64,000 bases of DNA from the NCBI GenBank assembly GCA_963797095.1, contig CAWCNY010000002.1, forward strand, positions 96,001-160,000. The letters run 5' to 3'. Below the pieces are notes generated by a model. The model did not search any database, was not told the origin of the DNA, and worked only from the letters and a program-made list of their open reading frames with translations. Source of the DNA: an uncultured Chloroflexia bacterium. GTDB taxonomy: Bacteria > Chloroflexota > Chloroflexia > QHBQ01 > JADMIH01. Below, in pieces: positions 10,788 through 20,932 of the stretch. Every line of letters starts with the position of its first letter. Position 1 is the stretch's first letter. The translations under genes and the position numbers were made by a program.

Positions 10788-11228
10788 TTACCGAGCTACA
10801 TTGTCCGCTGTCAGTTCAAACGTATCGCTCACCCCATTCACTACGACAGTATATACCCCCGCCGGAAGCCCAGCGACATCCAGCGTAACCGGCTGCTCGA
10901 AAGGCGTGATAACCTGTATACAAGCCGCCCCCGCCTCGCGGATTGTCGCGATAGTCACATTGAACGTGTTCCTATCCCGCGACTGGCTGATCGAGTTGAT
11001 CTTGGTACACGGATCGGGCAGATTCCCCTTCACATCAACCTGCACCTGCACAGGCTTAGTTTCCAGTACCTTTATCTCAATACTATCGACAGGTACCTGT
11101 CCCTCAAGCAGCCCCGCCGTAGGCGTGCCCACAGGCTGCGGCGTTGCCGTGGGATCGCCCGCCCCACAACCCACAAGCGCCAGCAGCCCCGCGAACGAAG
11201 CCGCCAAAAAAACCACAGATCTTCTCAT
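10788..11228 (-). CDS. Lipoprotein, uncharacterised
   Basis: Signal peptide with lipobox LVGC, AAGGAGG SD, two Cys in a small beta-rich domain. Confidence 0.75.
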   Translation of the reverse strand: MRRSVVFLAASFAGLLALVGCGAGDPTATPQPVGTPTAGLLEGQVPVDSIEIKVLETKPVQVQVDVKGNLPDPCTKINSISQSRDRNTFNVTIATIREAGAACIQVITPFEQPVTLDVAGLPAGVYTVVVNGVSDTFELTADNVAR

Positions 11229-11252
11229 AACCAAACACCCTCCTTATAGATG

Positions 11253-11280
11253 TAACGCCCAACACCTACCGAATGTTTCC
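11253..11280 (-). promoter_or_regulatory. ECF-sigma-type promoter for the lipoprotein gene
   Basis: GGAAAC-N17-CGTT immediately upstream of the SD; matches the general ECF AAC/CGT consensus. Confidence 0.5.
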
Positions 11281-11337
11281 CAACTCCACAAGCGTTACAA
11301 AGCACCCTCCATCCCCCGCCCTCTCCCTTCCCCACCC

Positions 11338-11426
11338 CATTCCGCACTCCGCACTAAAAACTGTACCAAAGTACACCCCAAAACCTGTCCAGTTTTGTCC
11401 CACCAATGCCATTTAGTATATGAGGG
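11338..11426 (+). repeat. Dispersed conserved intergenic element, copy 1
   Basis: ...aaagtacaccccaaaacctgtccagttttgtcccaccaatgccatttagtatatgaggg; homologous to 18213-18594 (-) and 61358-61429 (-). Confidence 0.85.
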
Positions 11427-11653
11427 ATGATCCACGCACTAATCCAACCACCTCCCCAGAATCCGAAGAAAATCTCACGTCCCTACCCAAATGGCTACAC
11501 AAATAATGCGAACAATGCCCAATCAAAGGAGGAACAAACAAAAAGGTGCGCAAGACCCAACAGTCCCGCACACCTCATCAAACGTCAAACCCAAAAACCT
11601 AAAATCCTTCGCGCCCTTCGCCCAACTTCGCCTCTTCGTGTTCCAAAACCCGA

Positions 11654-12610
11654 CTACTCAGCGATAGTGTACCGCCCCATCTCCCGGAACTTCTCCCGTC
11701 GCGCCTCAAGCAGCGCCCGCGAGCCTTCGGCACTGGAAAGGTCATACCTGGATTGAAGCTCACCCAGATTATGCAAAATCGCCTCTCGCACCGCCTCAAA
11801 CGCGGCGGCAGGGTCAAGGTGTGCCCCACCCTCCGGTTCAGGCACGATCTCGTCAATGATCCCGAACTGCAACAGGTCGGGCGCTGTAATCCGCATCGCC
11901 TCCGCAGCCGAAGACGCCTGTGCGGCATCCCTCCACAAAATAGCGGCGGCGGCCTCAGGGCTGGCGACCGAATAGGTGGCGTTCTCAAGCATCAGGATGC
12001 GGTCTCCCACCCCGATAGCAAGCGCCCCTCCAGAGCCGCCTTCACCTATCACCACCACGATAAGAGGCACCGCGATCTCAAGCATAACCAGTATGTTTTG
12101 CGCTATTGCCTGTCCGATGCCGCGCTCCTCCGCCGCCACCCCAGGGTTAGCGCCGGGCGTATCTATAAACGTAATAATAGGGAACCCGAAGCGTGCGGCG
12201 TGCTTCATCAAACGCTCGGCCTTCCGGTATCCCTCCGGCTGGGGCATGGCGAAGTTGCGAGTGATGTTCTCCTTCGTGTTGCGCCCCTTCTGCTGGCCTA
12301 TCACCATCACCGTCTGCCCCTCGAACGAAGCCAGCCCACCCACGATAGCGGCATCCTCCCCAAAGAGCTTGTCGCCGTGCAACTCCACGAAATCGGTGCA
12401 GAGCCTGCCCACGTAATCGAGCATATGCGGTCGATCCGGGTGGCGGGCGATCTGCACGCGCTGCCAGGGCGGCACCTGAGGCAACTCAGAGGCCACATCA
12501 GCCCCATCCCTGTGGCTAATACCGGCGGGCATATACTCGCGCAGCGAGCCTACAGGGGTGTGATTTCGGTTGTTATTGTTGGGGTGCTCCATCGTACTCA
12601 TCGTACTCAT
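11654..12610 (-). CDS. accA: Acetyl-CoA carboxylase carboxyltransferase alpha subunit
   Basis: [39 protein letters not shown]; start uncertain because of a MSTMSTM 9-nt repeat. Confidence 0.93.
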   Translation of the reverse strand: MSTMSTMEHPNNNNRNHTPVGSLREYMPAGISHRDGADVASELPQVPPWQRVQIARHPDRPHMLDYVGRLCTDFVELHGDKLFGEDAAIVGGLASFEGQTVMVIGQQKGRNTKENITRNFAMPQPEGYRKAERLMKHAARFGFPIITFIDTPGANPGVAAEERGIGQAIAQNILVMLEIAVPLIVVVIGEGGSGGALAIGVGDRILMLENATYSVASPEAAAAILWRDAAQASSAAEAMRITAPDLLQFGIIDEIVPEPEGGAHLDPAAAFEAVREAILHNLGELQSRYDLSSAEGSRALLEARREKFREMGRYTIAE

Positions 12611-12693
12611 CGTACTCTCGCGCATTGCAAACGGCGGCACGTGCGGAGACTAAGCATAACCGGCAAATCCCGCCCCGCGCTCTACCTTCTACG

Positions 12694-13680
12694 TCAGGCT
12701 TCGCGGGTCGCGTGCTGTCTCTCTCGTTCCCTTGCTTGCCCGCCCTCTCCGCCCGCGTACAGCCTCAATAGGCGGGCTATTATGGAGCGTAGCTCTCGGC
12801 GAGGGGTCACCATATCGACCATGCCGTGCTTCAACAGGAACTCGGCGGTCTGGAAATCGGGGGGCAGCTTTTGCTTGATAGTCTGCTCGATCACGCGCGG
12901 CCCCGCGAACCCAATCAATGCGCCAGGCTCGGCTATAACAATATCTGCGGACGAAGCATACGATGCCGTAACCCCACCCGTACAGGGATCGGCCAGGATC
13001 GAGATGTGGGGCAGACTTGCCTCTGCAAGGTCAGCCATCACAGCCGTAGTCTTTGCCATCTGCATCAGCGAGAAGATCCCCTCTTGCATACGCGCTCCGC
13101 CCGAAGACGACACGCTCACCAGGCCGATTCCGCGCTCCATAGCCAACTCGGCTGCGCGGGCTAGCTTTTCGCCGTACACCGACCCCATGCTCCCGCCGAG
13201 GAACCGGAAATCGACCACCGCCAGCACGCAAGGCGTTTCCTCGATAGTGGCGGTGCCATAGCGCAGGGCGTCGCTCAGGCCGGTCTTTCGCTGCGTATCC
13301 TGTAGCTTGGCCGAGTACTTCTGCCCAAGCAACTCGAACCCGATGGCGTCCTCAGGCATGATGTCGGTGCCATGCTCCTGGAACGAGCCGGTGTCGATCT
13401 GCCCTTCGTCCGCTTTGCCTCCGTCCACCAGGTAAGCGATGCGCTCGTCCGAGGACAGGCGGAAGTGGTGCTCACACTTGGGGCATACCCTAAGGTTGTT
13501 CTCAAGCTGCCTGCTGTAGAGAAGCTCGTTGCACTTGGGGCACTTGATCCAAAGGTCGTCAGGGAAGTCGCGTTCCTTACGACCCTGGCCGCCCGTCGCG
13601 TCCCTCGTGTCCTGGCGTTCGCTTTTCTCTTTGTCTTGTCCGATGGAAAAGTAGCGCGGGCGCCGAAATATGTCCTTCAC
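12694..13680 (-). CDS. accD: Acetyl-CoA carboxylase carboxyltransferase beta subunit
   Basis: LWIKCPKC...CPKC zinc finger, FLGGSMG, SGGARMQEG, GFAGPRVIEQT, FQTAEFLL. Confidence 0.95.
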   Translation of the reverse strand: MKDIFRRPRYFSIGQDKEKSERQDTRDATGGQGRKERDFPDDLWIKCPKCNELLYSRQLENNLRVCPKCEHHFRLSSDERIAYLVDGGKADEGQIDTGSFQEHGTDIMPEDAIGFELLGQKYSAKLQDTQRKTGLSDALRYGTATIEETPCVLAVVDFRFLGGSMGSVYGEKLARAAELAMERGIGLVSVSSSGGARMQEGIFSLMQMAKTTAVMADLAEASLPHISILADPCTGGVTASYASSADIVIAEPGALIGFAGPRVIEQTIKQKLPPDFQTAEFLLKHGMVDMVTPRRELRSIIARLLRLYAGGEGGQARERERQHATREA

Positions 13681-13878
13681 GCCTGGCTCCTGTATGTATT
13701 TTGTTAAAGACTCACGTATTATACCACAGGTGGGAAGGGGAGGATGGTAATCGGTAGTCGTTAGTCAGAACTCAGGAACTATAATCCTCCGACTACCGAT
13801 TACCATCAGACGTGAAATAAACCTCCCATACTGGTACAATGAGAACTGTATTGGCTTAACATCAAATAGGAGGCTGCG

Positions 13879-14871
13879 TTGGCTAAATTCTACTATGGTG
13901 GTCAGGCTGTCATCGAAGGTGTCATGATGCGCGGGCAGCGCAACATGGCCGTGGCCGTGCGCGCTCCCGGCGGCAACATCGTCGTACACCAGGAGCCTCT
14001 AAATGCGGCCATCTACACCAACCCTGTCATGAAGCTCCCATTCTTGCGCGGCCTGGTCGCCCTATGGGATGCCCTCGGCCTGGGCATGAAGTCTCTCATG
14101 TTCTCCGCCAACATAGCCATGGAGGAAGAATCCGGCTCCGCCGAAGAACAACCCAGGCCGGAGGTCGCTAGCCGCCCCAGTTCGAGCGATGCGCAATCGT
14201 TCGGCACAGTCGGGTGGGTGAGCATAGTCATCGCGCTGGCGATGATGGTAGGCATATTCTTCGTGCTGCCTGTGCTGGTGGCGGGCCTCTTTGGTGTCGT
14301 CACGGGCAACAACTCCACCCTTGCGAACAATCTCGTGGAAGGAGTTGTGCGGATCGCCCTCTTCATCGGCTACATCTGGGTGATCGGCTTCATGCCCGAC
14401 ATCAAGCGCGTGTTCGGTTACCACGGGGCCGAGCACAAAACGATCAACGCCTACGAGGCCGGCGTAGACCTCACCCCACAGAATGTGCAAACCTTCACCC
14501 TTCTGAACCCGCGCTGCGGCACCACCTTCCTCCTCATTGTGCTATTGCTGGCGACCGTCCTGTTCGTCCTTATCGGCAAACTACCCTTCGCCTTCACCCT
14601 CCTATCGAGGATCGTGCTCGTGCCAGTAGTGGCCGCCTTCGCTTACGAATTGATCCGCCTGATGGCGAACCTGTACGGCAACCCGGTCGTGCGCGCCATA
14701 CTCGCCCCCGGTCTCGCCCTCCAAAAGATGACCACCCGCCCACCCGATTTGAGCATGATAGAAGTAGGTATCGCCGCGCTGGAAGCAGTGCTGGTGGCGG
14801 ATCAGGTGCACGTAACCGCAACCGAAGCACGGCCCCTCGCGGGTATGCTCGTTGATGGGCAGGGTGACTAA
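13879..14871 (+). CDS. DUF1385 (YqhQ-like) membrane protein
   Basis: GGQAVIEGVMMR, YHGAEHK, PRCGT, TT.PP; AGGAGG SD before TTG. Confidence 0.88.
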   Translation: MAKFYYGGQAVIEGVMMRGQRNMAVAVRAPGGNIVVHQEPLNAAIYTNPVMKLPFLRGLVALWDALGLGMKSLMFSANIAMEEESGSAEEQPRPEVASRPSSSDAQSFGTVGWVSIVIALAMMVGIFFVLPVLVAGLFGVVTGNNSTLANNLVEGVVRIALFIGYIWVIGFMPDIKRVFGYHGAEHKTINAYEAGVDLTPQNVQTFTLLNPRCGTTFLLIVLLLATVLFVLIGKLPFAFTLLSRIVLVPVVAAFAYELIRLMANLYGNPVVRAILAPGLALQKMTTRPPDLSMIEVGIAALEAVLVADQVHVTATEARPLAGMLVDGQGD

Positions 14872-14914
14872 ATCGTAAAGATTCGCCCTGTCGTTCGTTC
14901 TACTTATTGGGACT

Positions 14915-16928
14915 ATGTCTGATCAACCAACTATCAGTGCAAATGAGCCTGCCCAAAGCAAGCGATCGCTGGTGCTTTTAGTCGATTGCCTGAGCACCGG
15001 CGACGGATCTACCTTTGGCGAGGGCACTGAAGGTCAATTCCTGCTGAGGCTGGCTGCTCTGCTGGCGAGCGGCTGGGCCGGGCGTGTGCTTGTGCTCAAA
15101 GTGGTGGCCGTACCCGAAGGCGAGTCGATAAGCGCCTATTCAACTCGCACCCAGGCCCTACGCCAGAAGCTGGAGCGCGAGACGCTTGAAGCCCTGGCAG
15201 GCTCCAAAGAGCAGGCCTTCGGATTTATCTCGCCGGTGGTGCGCGTGGCGCGTGAAAGCAGGATCGGCCAGGAGGTGCGGGCCTTCCTCGAACTCAGAGC
15301 CGGGCGCGCTACTGCTGATGCCGATGTCGCCGCGTGCTACAAGGCGCGGGCTGCACCTGCCTCCCGGCTGCGACTGGATGGGGCGGGCACTGCGAAAGCC
15401 CCTCCCCTGCGATCTTGCCTGGGTGCGCATGCCTCAAGTTGGCTACGAAGGTGATGCACCCACCGCTCCCTTCCAGACCGGGATGCGTGTGCTCCTTCCC
15501 GTGCGTGGTGGTCCACAGGCAGAACTGGCCGTGCACCTATCCGATGCTCTGGCCGAGGCGATGCGGTCTCAGGCGGCTGTGCTTCACATCTTGCAGGGGG
15601 GTATGCCCGAACGAGAGCGTGCCTCCGAAGAAGCGCCGTTCAACGAGCTTCTTGCTCACATGCGCGGTGCGCGTGCCGGTATCGAGGCGGGCGCGCCTGT
15701 GCTGCCGTTGCGCCACATCTACGCGACCAGCGATAACCCTATAGCGACCATCGGGAAGACCGCCTCCAACTATGATCTGGTGATCATGGGCGCGGGTGGT
15801 GGAGAGGGCGCGGATATCGGGCCTTTCACCTACGATGTGGCGGATACCAGCACGCCCGCCCTTGTGCTTGTAAAAACTCGCCTGCCAGTGGGCCCCGCCA
15901 TTCGCGCCGCCCGCAAGCGCGCCAGGCCCCACGCTTTGCACCCCGAAGCGCTTTCTTTGATCGTGGACAAGTGGTTCGCCGAGAATACGTTTCATGCCAA
16001 CGAGTTCTCGGATCTCGGTCGCTTGCTGGAGATCAAGCGCAGGCGTGGGGTGACTATTTCGGTCGGCCTGCCCGCTCTGAACGAGGAGGAGACTATCGGC
16101 GGGGTTATCAGCGTGCTGAAGGAGAGCCTGATGGAGGAGGTGCCGCTGGTGGATGAGATCGTGGTGATCGATTCGAACTCGAGCGACAGGACGAGGGAGA
16201 TCGCGGAGAGGCTTGGGGTGCCCGTGCATATCCACCAGCGGGTGCTACCGGAGGCGGGCGAGCCGCTGGCGGGGAAGGGGGAGGCGCTCTGGAAGTCGCT
16301 GCACGTGCTGAAGGGGGACATCATCGCCTGGGTGGACACGGATGTGACGAATATGCACCCGCAGTTCGTGTATGGGCTGATCGGTCCCCTGTTGCGGGAG
16401 CCTGGGCTTGGCTACGTGAAGGGGTATTACCACAGGCCGATCCGGACGGAGGGTCGGATGGAGGAGGAGGGGGGAGGGCGGGTGACGGAGCTAACGGTGC
16501 GTCCCTTGCTCAACCTCTTTTTCCCGTTGCTGTCGGGGGTGGTGCAGCCCCTCGCGGGTGAGTACGCGGGTCGGCGTGAGGTGTTGGAGCAACTGCCGTT
16601 CTTCTCAGGCTACGGTGTAGAAACGGGGCTGCTGATTGACCTGCTGGAGCGGTATGGGCTGAACTCGATAGGGCAGGTCAACCTGGAAAAGCGCGTGCAT
16701 CGCAACAGGCCGTTGCAAGACCTCTCCCTCACTGCGTTCGCCATCGTGCAGGTGATATTGACCCGCCTGGAAGACCGCGCCCGTATTACCCTCCTGGAAG
16801 AGGTGAACCGCAGCATGAAGCTGATCCGGTTTGAGAAGGACCACCTCTCCCTGGAAGTACGGCGCGTGCGCGACGCCGAGCGGCCACCCATTTTCAGTGT
16901 ACCTGCATATATGCAACGTGACCAATAG
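14915..16928 (+). CDS. gpgS: Glucosyl-3-phosphoglycerate synthase with N-terminal universal-stress-protein domains; frameshifted near 15290
   Basis: C-terminal GT-A domain: LPALNEEETI, GKGEALW, GGRVTEL, QPLAGEYA, GYGVE, HRNR. USP motif LLPVRGGP. The N-terminal ORF 14915-15454 and the downstream ORF join if one base at ~15291 is removed. Confidence 0.82.
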
Positions 16929-16954
16929 CCCTCCTTTGAGAGAGGAGGCGGCGC

Positions 16955-18043
16955 CTACTTGCTCTTGCTGAACGCATAGACGAGCGCGCCCAGGGGGATG
17001 TTGCTCCAGTAGTTGATGGCGCGGTCCACTATCGCTACCGCGCCCGCAAGTGCGGCTGCTACCCCAAACGCCCCGAGGATCGCCACCGACGCCCCCTCTA
17101 CTGCCCCCAGGCCGCCGGGAGTGAACGGTATGGTGCTCAGCAGCGAGCCTGCCAGCGCGGTGAACACTATGACGCCCACCGTCAGGCCCGTCACGTGGAG
17201 GGCTTGCATCACCAACCAGATACGCAGTACCTCGCCCGCCCAGATAAGGCACGTGAGCGCATAGAGGGGCAGTTGCACATCTCGTCTGAACGTGCGGAGC
17301 GTGCCTTCGAGGAACCGGGCGGCTCTATCGCGCCAGCGGGCGGGCACAACTCGCAGTAGACGAGTGGATGCCAGCCTGAGGAGCATCACGCCCGCGCCAA
17401 TCGCGACGATCAGCACCAGGCTTACCGTCAGGATGAATTGCAGGTTGCTGGCCTCTCCCGCCAACTGGCCCACTATCAGGAGACCGCTTGCGAGCAATAA
17501 CACCCCCAGCGCCAGCACATCGGCCATGCGCTCGCCCACTACTGTGCCGAGCGTGCGCTCCAGGTTCGCCCCAGAGTGCTTGTTGAGCAGATACGCGCGA
17601 TAGGCGTCGCCCAACTTGGCGGGCACCAGGCAATTGACGAACCACGTCAAGTAATATATCTCAACCAGCCCGGCCAGTGGAGGCAGTTTGAGATCCTGGC
17701 CCAGGTCGGCGTGGCGCAAGAGGAGCCGCCAGCGCAGACCACGGAACACGAACGCCCCCAGGTAGACGCCAAGCGCAAGCCCCAGGTAGCGCAGGTCGGC
17801 GGCCTGCACGTTGGCCCAGTTAGATCCCAGGTCGAGATGAGTGGTCAGGATGAATAAGAGGATTATTGCCGCGCTTATCCCGAAGCCCAGGAGGGTCTTC
17901 CAGTCGCGCAAGCGCCTCCCGATCTGCACATCGCCTGTGCGTGGGGCTGCGCCTGGAAGCGCAGGGCGAGCGCGAAGCATGTTGTTGCTTGCCGCCATCT
18001 TGACGGTTGTATTAGCTCGTGAGTTGGTCGAAGGGATGATCAT
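16955..18043 (-). CDS. Lysylphosphatidylglycerol-synthase TM domain protein (UPF0104, putative flippase)
   Basis: RGLRW, N.LVPAKLGD..R, ERMAD, PFTPGGLGAVE; multiple TM helices. Confidence 0.88.
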   Translation of the reverse strand: MIIPSTNSRANTTVKMAASNNMLRARPALPGAAPRTGDVQIGRRLRDWKTLLGFGISAAIILLFILTTHLDLGSNWANVQAADLRYLGLALGVYLGAFVFRGLRWRLLLRHADLGQDLKLPPLAGLVEIYYLTWFVNCLVPAKLGDAYRAYLLNKHSGANLERTLGTVVGERMADVLALGVLLLASGLLIVGQLAGEASNLQFILTVSLVLIVAIGAGVMLLRLASTRLLRVVPARWRDRAARFLEGTLRTFRRDVQLPLYALTCLIWAGEVLRIWLVMQALHVTGLTVGVIVFTALAGSLLSTIPFTPGGLGAVEGASVAILGAFGVAAALAGAVAIVDRAINYWSNIPLGALVYAFSKSK

Positions 18044-18092
18044 CTCGAATGTCCTTTAGAGTTCACCGTTAGCCTTGTCTGTAGGGGGCCTG

Positions 18093-18118
18093 GTGGGGCG
18101 GGCTAATCCCCGCCCCAC
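18093..18118. repeat. REP-like GC-rich palindrome (similar one at 18609-18636)
   Basis: gtggggcgggctaatccccgccccac; gtgggggcgagacacccctcgcccccgc. Confidence 0.45.
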
Positions 18119-18228
18119 TGCTGCTTTGTTAGAGGCTCGTGGCTACAGGGTGAAGCTGCGCGCAGCGGTTGATCGGGATTTCGGTATGTTGTTGTGCGGG
18201 TGGTTTTACTGGCCCTCATTAACTAAAT

Positions 18229-18360
18229 GAGGCATGGTCATAATTCATTTTTCACGCGTGGTGACGGATCAAATAGTGAGCCGAACCGCGTATTTTGGCT
18301 CTATTCAGACCACATCGTGAGCGTCAAATTGTGCGTAATTGGTATTTATGACCATGCCTC
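18229..18360. mobile_element. MITE A (132 bp)
   Basis: Terminal IR GAGGCATGGTCATAA; flanked by AACTAAAT direct repeats at 18221-18228 and 18361-18368. Confidence 0.88.
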
Positions 18361-18368
18361 AACTAAAT

Positions 18369-18511
18369 GAGGCATGGTCATAAATACCAATCTGTCTATT
18401 ACCCCACGCTTGGGATGTGGCCTTAATGTCACAAAATGCCGCCAAAATGGGCTGTTTCCAGATGAAGTTGCTCTCCTTCTACGCACGGAAAATGAATTAT
18501 GACCATGCCTC
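18369..18511. mobile_element. MITE B (143 bp)
   Basis: Same terminal IR; AACTAAAT duplicated at 18361-18368 and 18512-18519; nearly identical to 28788-28930. Confidence 0.9.
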
Positions 18512-18519
18512 AACTAAAT

Positions 18520-18594
18520 GGCATTGGTGGGACAAAACTGGACAGGTTTTGGGGTGTACTTTGGTACAGTCTTTTTAGTGCGGAGTGCGGAATG
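18520..18594 (-). repeat. Dispersed conserved intergenic element, copy 2 (split by MITEs; remainder at 18213-18228)
   Basis: Reverse complement nearly identical to 11338-11410; removing the MITEs restores ...ccatttagttaatgaggg. Confidence 0.85.
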
Positions 18595-18648
18595 TGAATG
18601 AATGGCCTGTGGGGGCGAGACACCCCTCGCCCCCGCAGTTGATTTGAG

Positions 18649-20739
18649 TTAGTTGGCCGCGCAGCTATAGAGTTGGGAGGTGCCTGCTTGGCTGGAGTCC
18701 ACGGCGGTGCAGCTGGACTGTACCCAGCTACTTACCGACGATGTGCTGCCGCCCAGCATATCTCCTAACATGATGTACTTCACCTGCTTGTTTGCTATCA
18801 GCGATTGCAACTTCTCGACCGTCATGGCGGGATCGCTTCCTGTGAAGCCGCCCATCGCCAGCACCGGTTCGCCGGTTTCGAGGGCTATAGAGGACGCCTG
18901 GTTGGCGCTTGATACCGCCACGAGATAGAAGTAGCCGTCGTTGTTTTCCTCAAGGTAAGAGATCAGGCTGCTGTTGGCCGATTCGCCGCCCATCCCGGTC
19001 TGCCCCATCTGCGCGCCACCGTTACCGCCGAAGCCGCTGCCCAGGTTGCTTGGGCCTGCGGTCGGCATGGTGCCGTTGCCGGCGGCCTGCGTGGTGGTGG
19101 CTGACCACGCGAAGGGGGTGATAAGCAGGGCGAGCAAGGCCACCGTCACCAGGGCGGGCGAGACCCGCCTCCATATCCGTACCGTGAAGAGCCTGGTCGC
19201 CAGCAGAGGTACTACCACGACTACAGTGGCCGCCACTATCACGGGCACGAGCCATGCGTTCCACTGCTCGTATCCATAGTCGTTCAGCACCTTCACCTGC
19301 CAGACCGCCGTTGCTACCAGGGTCAGCGGGAGGAGCCATGCCGTCCATCTGCCGTTGCGGTATAGCTTCCAGAGGGATGCTATCCCTATGCCTGCGAGGG
19401 CGGCCACAGCAGGGGCGAGCATTATCAAGTAATATGTGTGGAAGATACCCTCGGCTATGCTGAATACCACCCCGTAGGTCGCCAGCCAGCCACCCCACAG
19501 CAAGAGCGCCTGCGCCTTAGGCTCCAGCGTCAATCGCCGCCTCAGTGTGAACAGAGTCGCAAGCCCGCCCAGCAGGGCCACGGGGAAGAGCCAGCTCCAT
19601 TGCGAGGCAAGCTCGCTGCCGAAGAGCCTGAGTGGGCCTGCTACGCCCGCCCCGAACATTCCGCTGCCGCTGTTACCCCCACCGAAGTTGCCGCCGAGGC
19701 CGCCCTGGTTGCCCGAAGAAGGCTGTGTGCCGGAAGGCACCCCGCTGCTATTGCTGCCGTCGCCTGGGAAGGTGAAATCGCCCTGCGCTTGTGTCCCACC
19801 GGTGGGAGGAGTAAAACCGCCCTGTGCGCGTGTGCCGTCGTCGCGAGGCTGGAAGGTACCTTGCCCCTGGGGCGCGCCGCCACCTCCGCCCATGCCGTTG
19901 CCTTCGTCACCTGTGACGCGGCCCAGACCGTTGTAGTTGAGGGCGAGATCAAGCACGCTGTTGGCCTGGCTGCCGCCGATCCAGGGCCTCTGGTCGGCGG
20001 GCGTGAGGTCTACCGCCACCGCCCACGAGAGCGATACGAACAGGAGCACTATGGTTGCCAACCCCAGGTGGATAAGCCGCTTCCACCACCGGGCAGGTGC
20101 GGCAACCATGTAGAGCAGGTAGAATGTGGGAAGCACTATGAAGGCAGCCAGCATCTTGGTGTTGAAGGCCACCCCCACCAGTGCTATGCTGAGCAAGAGC
20201 ATCGGGAGGCGTGCCTTTTCGGTGGCGAGGGTGATAGCCCAGGCTGCCAGCAGCAGGAAGAACATAAGCCATGTATCGGTGTTGTTCCCGCGCTCGACCG
20301 CCACCGCGACGGGTGTGATCGCCATCGCCAGGGCCGCCACGAAGGCGGCAAGGGTGCCGAATATACGCTTCACAAGGAAATAGACCAACCCCACGCACGC
20401 TACTCCTACCAGCGCTTCCGGCAGGAGGATGCTGAGGCTGCTGAAGCCGAATATCTTGGCGCTTATGGCCTGCATCCAGAGGGCCACGGGCGGCTTGTCC
20501 ACCGTAATGAACCCGCCCGCATCATAGGAGCCGAAGAAGAAGTTATGCCAGTTTTGGAGCATGCTCTGTACAGCTACGGAGTAGTAGATGTTGCTGTAGC
20601 CGTTTTGCGAAAGGTTCCAGAAGTTCAGAAGTGCCGAAAGCACAAGCGGGCACGCCAGGCTAAGCCAGGTGCTGACTTTGTGCCACGTCAGCCCGCCGAC
20701 GCGGACCACCGGCCTTATCGATTCTCTGGTTGCTATCAT
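18649..20739 (-). CDS. ArnT/PMT-like GT-C glycosyltransferase (GT39/83; YkcB/YycA-like)
   Basis: NIYYSVAVQSM, ITVDKPP, NTKML, YNGLGR, Gly-rich loop, HTYY, MGGFTGSDP. Confidence 0.88.
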   Translation of the reverse strand: MIATRESIRPVVRVGGLTWHKVSTWLSLACPLVLSALLNFWNLSQNGYSNIYYSVAVQSMLQNWHNFFFGSYDAGGFITVDKPPVALWMQAISAKIFGFSSLSILLPEALVGVACVGLVYFLVKRIFGTLAAFVAALAMAITPVAVAVERGNNTDTWLMFFLLLAAWAITLATEKARLPMLLLSIALVGVAFNTKMLAAFIVLPTFYLLYMVAAPARWWKRLIHLGLATIVLLFVSLSWAVAVDLTPADQRPWIGGSQANSVLDLALNYNGLGRVTGDEGNGMGGGGGAPQGQGTFQPRDDGTRAQGGFTPPTGGTQAQGDFTFPGDGSNSSGVPSGTQPSSGNQGGLGGNFGGGNSGSGMFGAGVAGPLRLFGSELASQWSWLFPVALLGGLATLFTLRRRLTLEPKAQALLLWGGWLATYGVVFSIAEGIFHTYYLIMLAPAVAALAGIGIASLWKLYRNGRWTAWLLPLTLVATAVWQVKVLNDYGYEQWNAWLVPVIVAATVVVVVPLLATRLFTVRIWRRVSPALVTVALLALLITPFAWSATTTQAAGNGTMPTAGPSNLGSGFGGNGGAQMGQTGMGGESANSSLISYLEENNDGYFYLVAVSSANQASSIALETGEPVLAMGGFTGSDPAMTVEKLQSLIANKQVKYIMLGDMLGGSTSSVSSWVQSSCTAVDSSQAGTSQLYSCAAN

Positions 20740-20932
20740 CGTAATGTCTCCCTCGTTTCTGTTTTGTTTCTGTGCTGCGCTTTTGTAACAGAAGCGCCAT
20801 GTCTTTATGAGCCTTCTAATATTGCTTTTTGATTGATCTGTAGGAGTTGCCTCCCACTAACAGTGTAGTGCGCCAGCCTTAAGAAGCGCCTATAGAAAAA
20901 TGAGGAAATGGTGAAGAGAGGGGGACGTGAGG

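Noticed and set aside
11753-13261. Long antisense ORFs (502 aa here, 464 aa at 19438-20832, and others)
   Set aside because: Shadows of well-supported genes on the opposite strand in GC-rich DNA; no recognisable motifs.
18221-18519. Repeated GAGGCATGGTCATAA units as a CRISPR array
   Set aside because: The units are inverted pairs ~130-140 bp apart with short target duplications, which fits MITEs.
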